A stretch of 64,000 bases of DNA from the NCBI GenBank assembly GCA_963666285.1, contig OY762711.1. The stretch is one strand, 5' to 3'. The stretch is from Sedimentisphaerales bacterium. GTDB taxonomy: Bacteria > Planctomycetota > Phycisphaerae > Sedimentisphaerales > SM23-30. Positions 61,141 through 64,000 of this stretch are shown piece after piece (the stretch's first letter is position 1; every line of letters starts with the position of its first letter). The translations under genes were made by a program, and so were the position numbers. Under the pieces are notes generated by a model. That model was given only the letters and a program-made list of their open reading frames with translations, was not told the DNA's origin and did no database searches.

Positions 61141-61602
61141 TCAATTACCCGGAATATTAGTGCTGCTAAAGATAATGTTCTGATGGTTCATAGAAAGGAG
61201 TGCATCATAGACATTCATCATATGCTGCCATGATGTTGAGGCGGAATCAATCAGCATAACCGGGTCCTGCTGATTTCTTCTTCGCTGAGCCATAACCCGC
61301 TTAAGAGTATCTGAGAAATCTGAGAAATCATCTTCCTGCTTATCGATAATGACAGCCTGTCCGGCAAAAGCAATCCGGCAATTACCATCATCAAGAGTAC
61401 TGACAAGTATCTGAAAAGGCTCAACTTCACTGATAACCGAACTGGAAGATTCGGCGGGCAACTCTGCCGACATAAAACCTTCCTGCTGGCGAAAGTTGAC
61501 TGTCATAATAAAAAAGATAAGCAGAAGAAAAACAACATCAATCAACGGAACCAGGCGAGCCTGGGAAGAAAAATTAGATTTTCGCGGCTTAAACTTCTTC
61601 AT
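61141..61602 (-). CDS. exbD: Biopolymer transporter ExbD/TolR
   Basis: LVPLIDVVFLLLIFFIM. Confidence 0.85.
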   Translation of the reverse strand: MKKFKPRKSNFSSQARLVPLIDVVFLLLIFFIMTVNFRQQEGFMSAELPAESSSSVISEVEPFQILVSTLDDGNCRIAFAGQAVIIDKQEDDFSDFSDTLKRVMAQRRRNQQDPVMLIDSASTSWQHMMNVYDALLSMNHQNIIFSSTNIPGN

Positions 61603-61680
61603 CTTATTTCCAGGCTAAATAATAAGGCTTCGTTATATAAAATAAGAGTTACAGAATACCAATTTATCTCAACTGCCTTA

Positions 61681-62910
61681 TTACGGATAACAGAAACCCA
61701 TCAAATTATCAAAATGCTCAGAATCAATAGTAGAGTCAAAATCTTCTCTATTCAATTCTGACATATCAACGCCACCAAAGCTTTTAACACGACAGCCCTG
61801 ATCGCAACCCAGAGTCTTAACCTTTTGGATAACATCCGGCGGCATAGGATCGCCAAATTCGTCAAAAGCTTCAACAATTATTGGATTAAACGGTTTCTTA
61901 TCATTATACTTAACCACAACAGCCCATGTGCCTTTCTCCAGAAGAAGTTTGGCACCGATTGGAAACGGCTGAACAATACCGGAAAATACTTTTAGAATAA
62001 CCGGGTCATAAAACCTGCTCATTGATGTATTGAGCATTTCATTAAGTACCAGAGCCGGATGCCTGGCCTGTTTATAAACTTTATCGCAAATAGCCGAACT
62101 ATAAGCATCGGCAACCCTGACAATTTTGGCAAAGATATTTATCTTTTTACCTTCTAGCCCTTCGGGGTACCCTGAACCATCCATATTTTCATGATGAGTC
62201 TTGATCACGAGCTTCACCATAGGATCTACCTGTTCCGGAAGCATATCAGCCCCCTTGAAGGGATGATAACGGACCAGCTCTTTTTCTTCATCGGTAAGAG
62301 GTTCTTTCTTATTATACAGATACGAAATTGGAGTCATACCAATATCGTGCAGAAAAGATGCTAATGCGAGCGGATTCAAATTAAAGGCATTGCTCAAAGA
62401 CTTTGCCGCTGATAATCTTTCACGTTCGCTTTTAATATAATTCTTGATTGTATTGCCAATTAACACACTAAGATAAAACACATTGGCACAATGTTCCTGC
62501 AGATAATCATCCCAGTTTCCAGATTTATCGATAACAGCACAAGCTACAGGATTCGTGAGTATATAATCCATTGTTTCCTGTATAGTAGACTGAAGACCTG
62601 ACACATGGTTTCCATCCAATGTAACACCATCTCGCAACTGTCCGCTTACTTTTGAAGCAAGTTTTGAGATCCTGCTTCGAGCCGCCTGGGAGACTTCATA
62701 GTCAGCAGAGTCGTTGGCAAAATCAACCGCTCCATCAAGCATTGGATCCTTGATATGAACCGAGATATCGGGCATCAGCCTTTTCAAACCTGCAATATCA
62801 CGGTCAGAAATAACTCTATTAAAAGCGAGTAGAACGCTATAATTATTCATAACATTCTTCGCAAGCTGCATTCCCGGCTCAAGTTCTTCTACTTTGAGAA
62901 TAATAGGCAT
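61681..62910 (-). CDS. HD-GYP domain phosphodiesterase
   Basis: LHDIG, HHENMDGSGYP, IVRVADAY. Confidence 0.9.
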   Translation of the reverse strand: MPIILKVEELEPGMQLAKNVMNNYSVLLAFNRVISDRDIAGLKRLMPDISVHIKDPMLDGAVDFANDSADYEVSQAARSRISKLASKVSGQLRDGVTLDGNHVSGLQSTIQETMDYILTNPVACAVIDKSGNWDDYLQEHCANVFYLSVLIGNTIKNYIKSERERLSAAKSLSNAFNLNPLALASFLHDIGMTPISYLYNKKEPLTDEEKELVRYHPFKGADMLPEQVDPMVKLVIKTHHENMDGSGYPEGLEGKKINIFAKIVRVADAYSSAICDKVYKQARHPALVLNEMLNTSMSRFYDPVILKVFSGIVQPFPIGAKLLLEKGTWAVVVKYNDKKPFNPIIVEAFDEFGDPMPPDVIQKVKTLGCDQGCRVKSFGGVDMSELNREDFDSTIDSEHFDNLMGFCYP

Positions 62911-62947
62911 ATAATCACCTGCTTTTAACTTGCTATACTGCCAATCA

Positions 62948-64000
62948 TCAGGTATCTAAGTCAGTATTTTCATTATCATCAAATTCATCATTATTATCAG
63001 TATTTTCAGCATCAAGTTTCTGACGTTCAGACTCTAGTAATTCAGAAACAGTAGGACGGTCAAGCACCTCACCGTTGATAATCATGTGAACTTCATCACC
63101 ATCAATAGTTTCATATTTTTCGAGAGCCTTACACAGTTCTTCTATGGCATCGCGATTATCTTCGATCATCTGCTTAACCTCTCGATAGGCACTATCCATA
63201 ATACCACGAATTTCCTGGTCAATCTCCAAGGCTGTCTGTTCGGAATAATCTCTGGACAACATCATTTCTCCATGAAGTCCTGGCTGATTTGGCATGCCAT
63301 AATGGACAAACCCGAGCTTTTCACTCATTCCCCATTCAGTAACCATTGCCTTGACAAGCGAAGTTGCCTGACGAATATCGCCCTGGGCACCATTGGAAAT
63401 ATCACCACAGAAGACCTCTTCTGCTATTCTACCTCCAAGACATACCTTGATATAATCATCACAATAGGCCTTGTTATAATAATGCCTGTCTTTTTCCGGC
63501 AGAGAGAAAGTAACACCACCCATCTGGCCGCGAGGGATAACACTTACTTTATGGATAGGGTCAGTGTTTTTAAGTAACGCCTGAACAAGAGCATGACCTG
63601 CTTCATGATATGCAGTAATTTTACGCTCTTTCTGATCAACAACTTTGCTGCGATTAGCACGACCCCAGCGTACTTTATCTCTAGCCTCTTCGAGATTAGA
63701 CATTTCGACGGCATCTTTTTCTTCCAAGGTGGCCTGTATTGCGGCCTCATTAATAATAGCTTCCAAATCAGCACCGCTAAACATTGGAGTAGCACGTGCC
63801 AGCCTGTCCAGGTCAACATCAGCAGCCATTTTAATTTTACGGGCGTGAACTTCCAGAATGCCCTTCCTGCCTTTTACATCGGGTAATGAGACATACACCT
63901 GCCGGTCAAAACGTCCCGGCCTGGTAAGAGCATTGTCAAGTACATCGGCACGGTTAGTAGCAGCAATAACAATTACCTGATCGTCAGTGCTAAAACCATC
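62948..64000 (-). CDS. ftsH: ATP-dependent zinc metalloprotease FtsH (5' truncated by window)
   Basis: [30 protein letters not shown]; frame open to window edge. Confidence 0.97.
   Translation of the reverse strand, partial: DGFSTDDQVIVIAATNRADVLDNALTRPGRFDRQVYVSLPDVKGRKGILEVHARKIKMAADVDLDRLARATPMFSGADLEAIINEAAIQATLEEKDAVEMSNLEEARDKVRWGRANRSKVVDQKERKITAYHEAGHALVQALLKNTDPIHKVSVIPRGQMGGVTFSLPEKDRHYYNKAYCDDYIKVCLGGRIAEEVFCGDISNGAQGDIRQATSLVKAMVTEWGMSEKLGFVHYGMPNQPGLHGEMMLSRDYSEQTALEIDQEIRGIMDSAYREVKQMIEDNRDAIEELCKALEKYETIDGDEVHMIINGEVLDRPTVSELLESERQKLDAENTDNNDEFDDNENTDLDT

Noticed and set aside
1..64000. Genome-wide UGA reassignment (code 4/25) as the explanation for in-frame TGAs
   Set aside because: Long conserved genes have no internal TGA, and TGA is a normal stop at natural C-termini (gcvPB, abiEii, ftsH, exbD); read-through cases are few and carry hairpins

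Overview
Bacterial chromosomal window, probably Planctomycetota of the Sedimentisphaerales/Phycisphaerae type. This is inferred from gene content (dockerin-like 'D..GD..V...D...W' C-termini, BlaI/M56 pair, vWA/GATase membrane protein) and was not verified. Bases 1-7576 are the right part of an AT-rich integrative island (tyrosine integrase C-terminus, RHS-core toxin/lipoprotein pair, serine resolvase, degenerate AAA protein, ECF-like sigma). It ends in a 28-nt 3' fragment of tRNA-Sec (13-nt T+acceptor strand), read as the att site. The main result is that four 'stop' TGAs in the ORF track look like selenocysteine codons. Each is followed by an open frame and a SECIS-like hairpin with a TG-starting loop. 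They are: CPT-U-GS (7858), EYG-U-GG twice (9573 and 12977, whose hairpins differ by three compensatory base-pair changes) and YM-U-NC (48149). Three of these predicted exported selenoproteins cluster directly after the selC att site, with a membrane polyferredoxin, a Cys-less redoxin-like protein and a divergent BlaI/BlaR1 pair. The fourth heads an operon with two AMCY-motif lipoproteins and a radical SAM/SPASM enzyme. The rest holds housekeeping and accessory genes (cmoB, MBOAT pair, rlmL-like, rnc, AbiE TA, gcvT-H-PA-PB under a tandem glycine riboswitch, HD-GYP, partial ftsH), two tRNAs and two MITE families. All calls come from manual reading; no searches were run.
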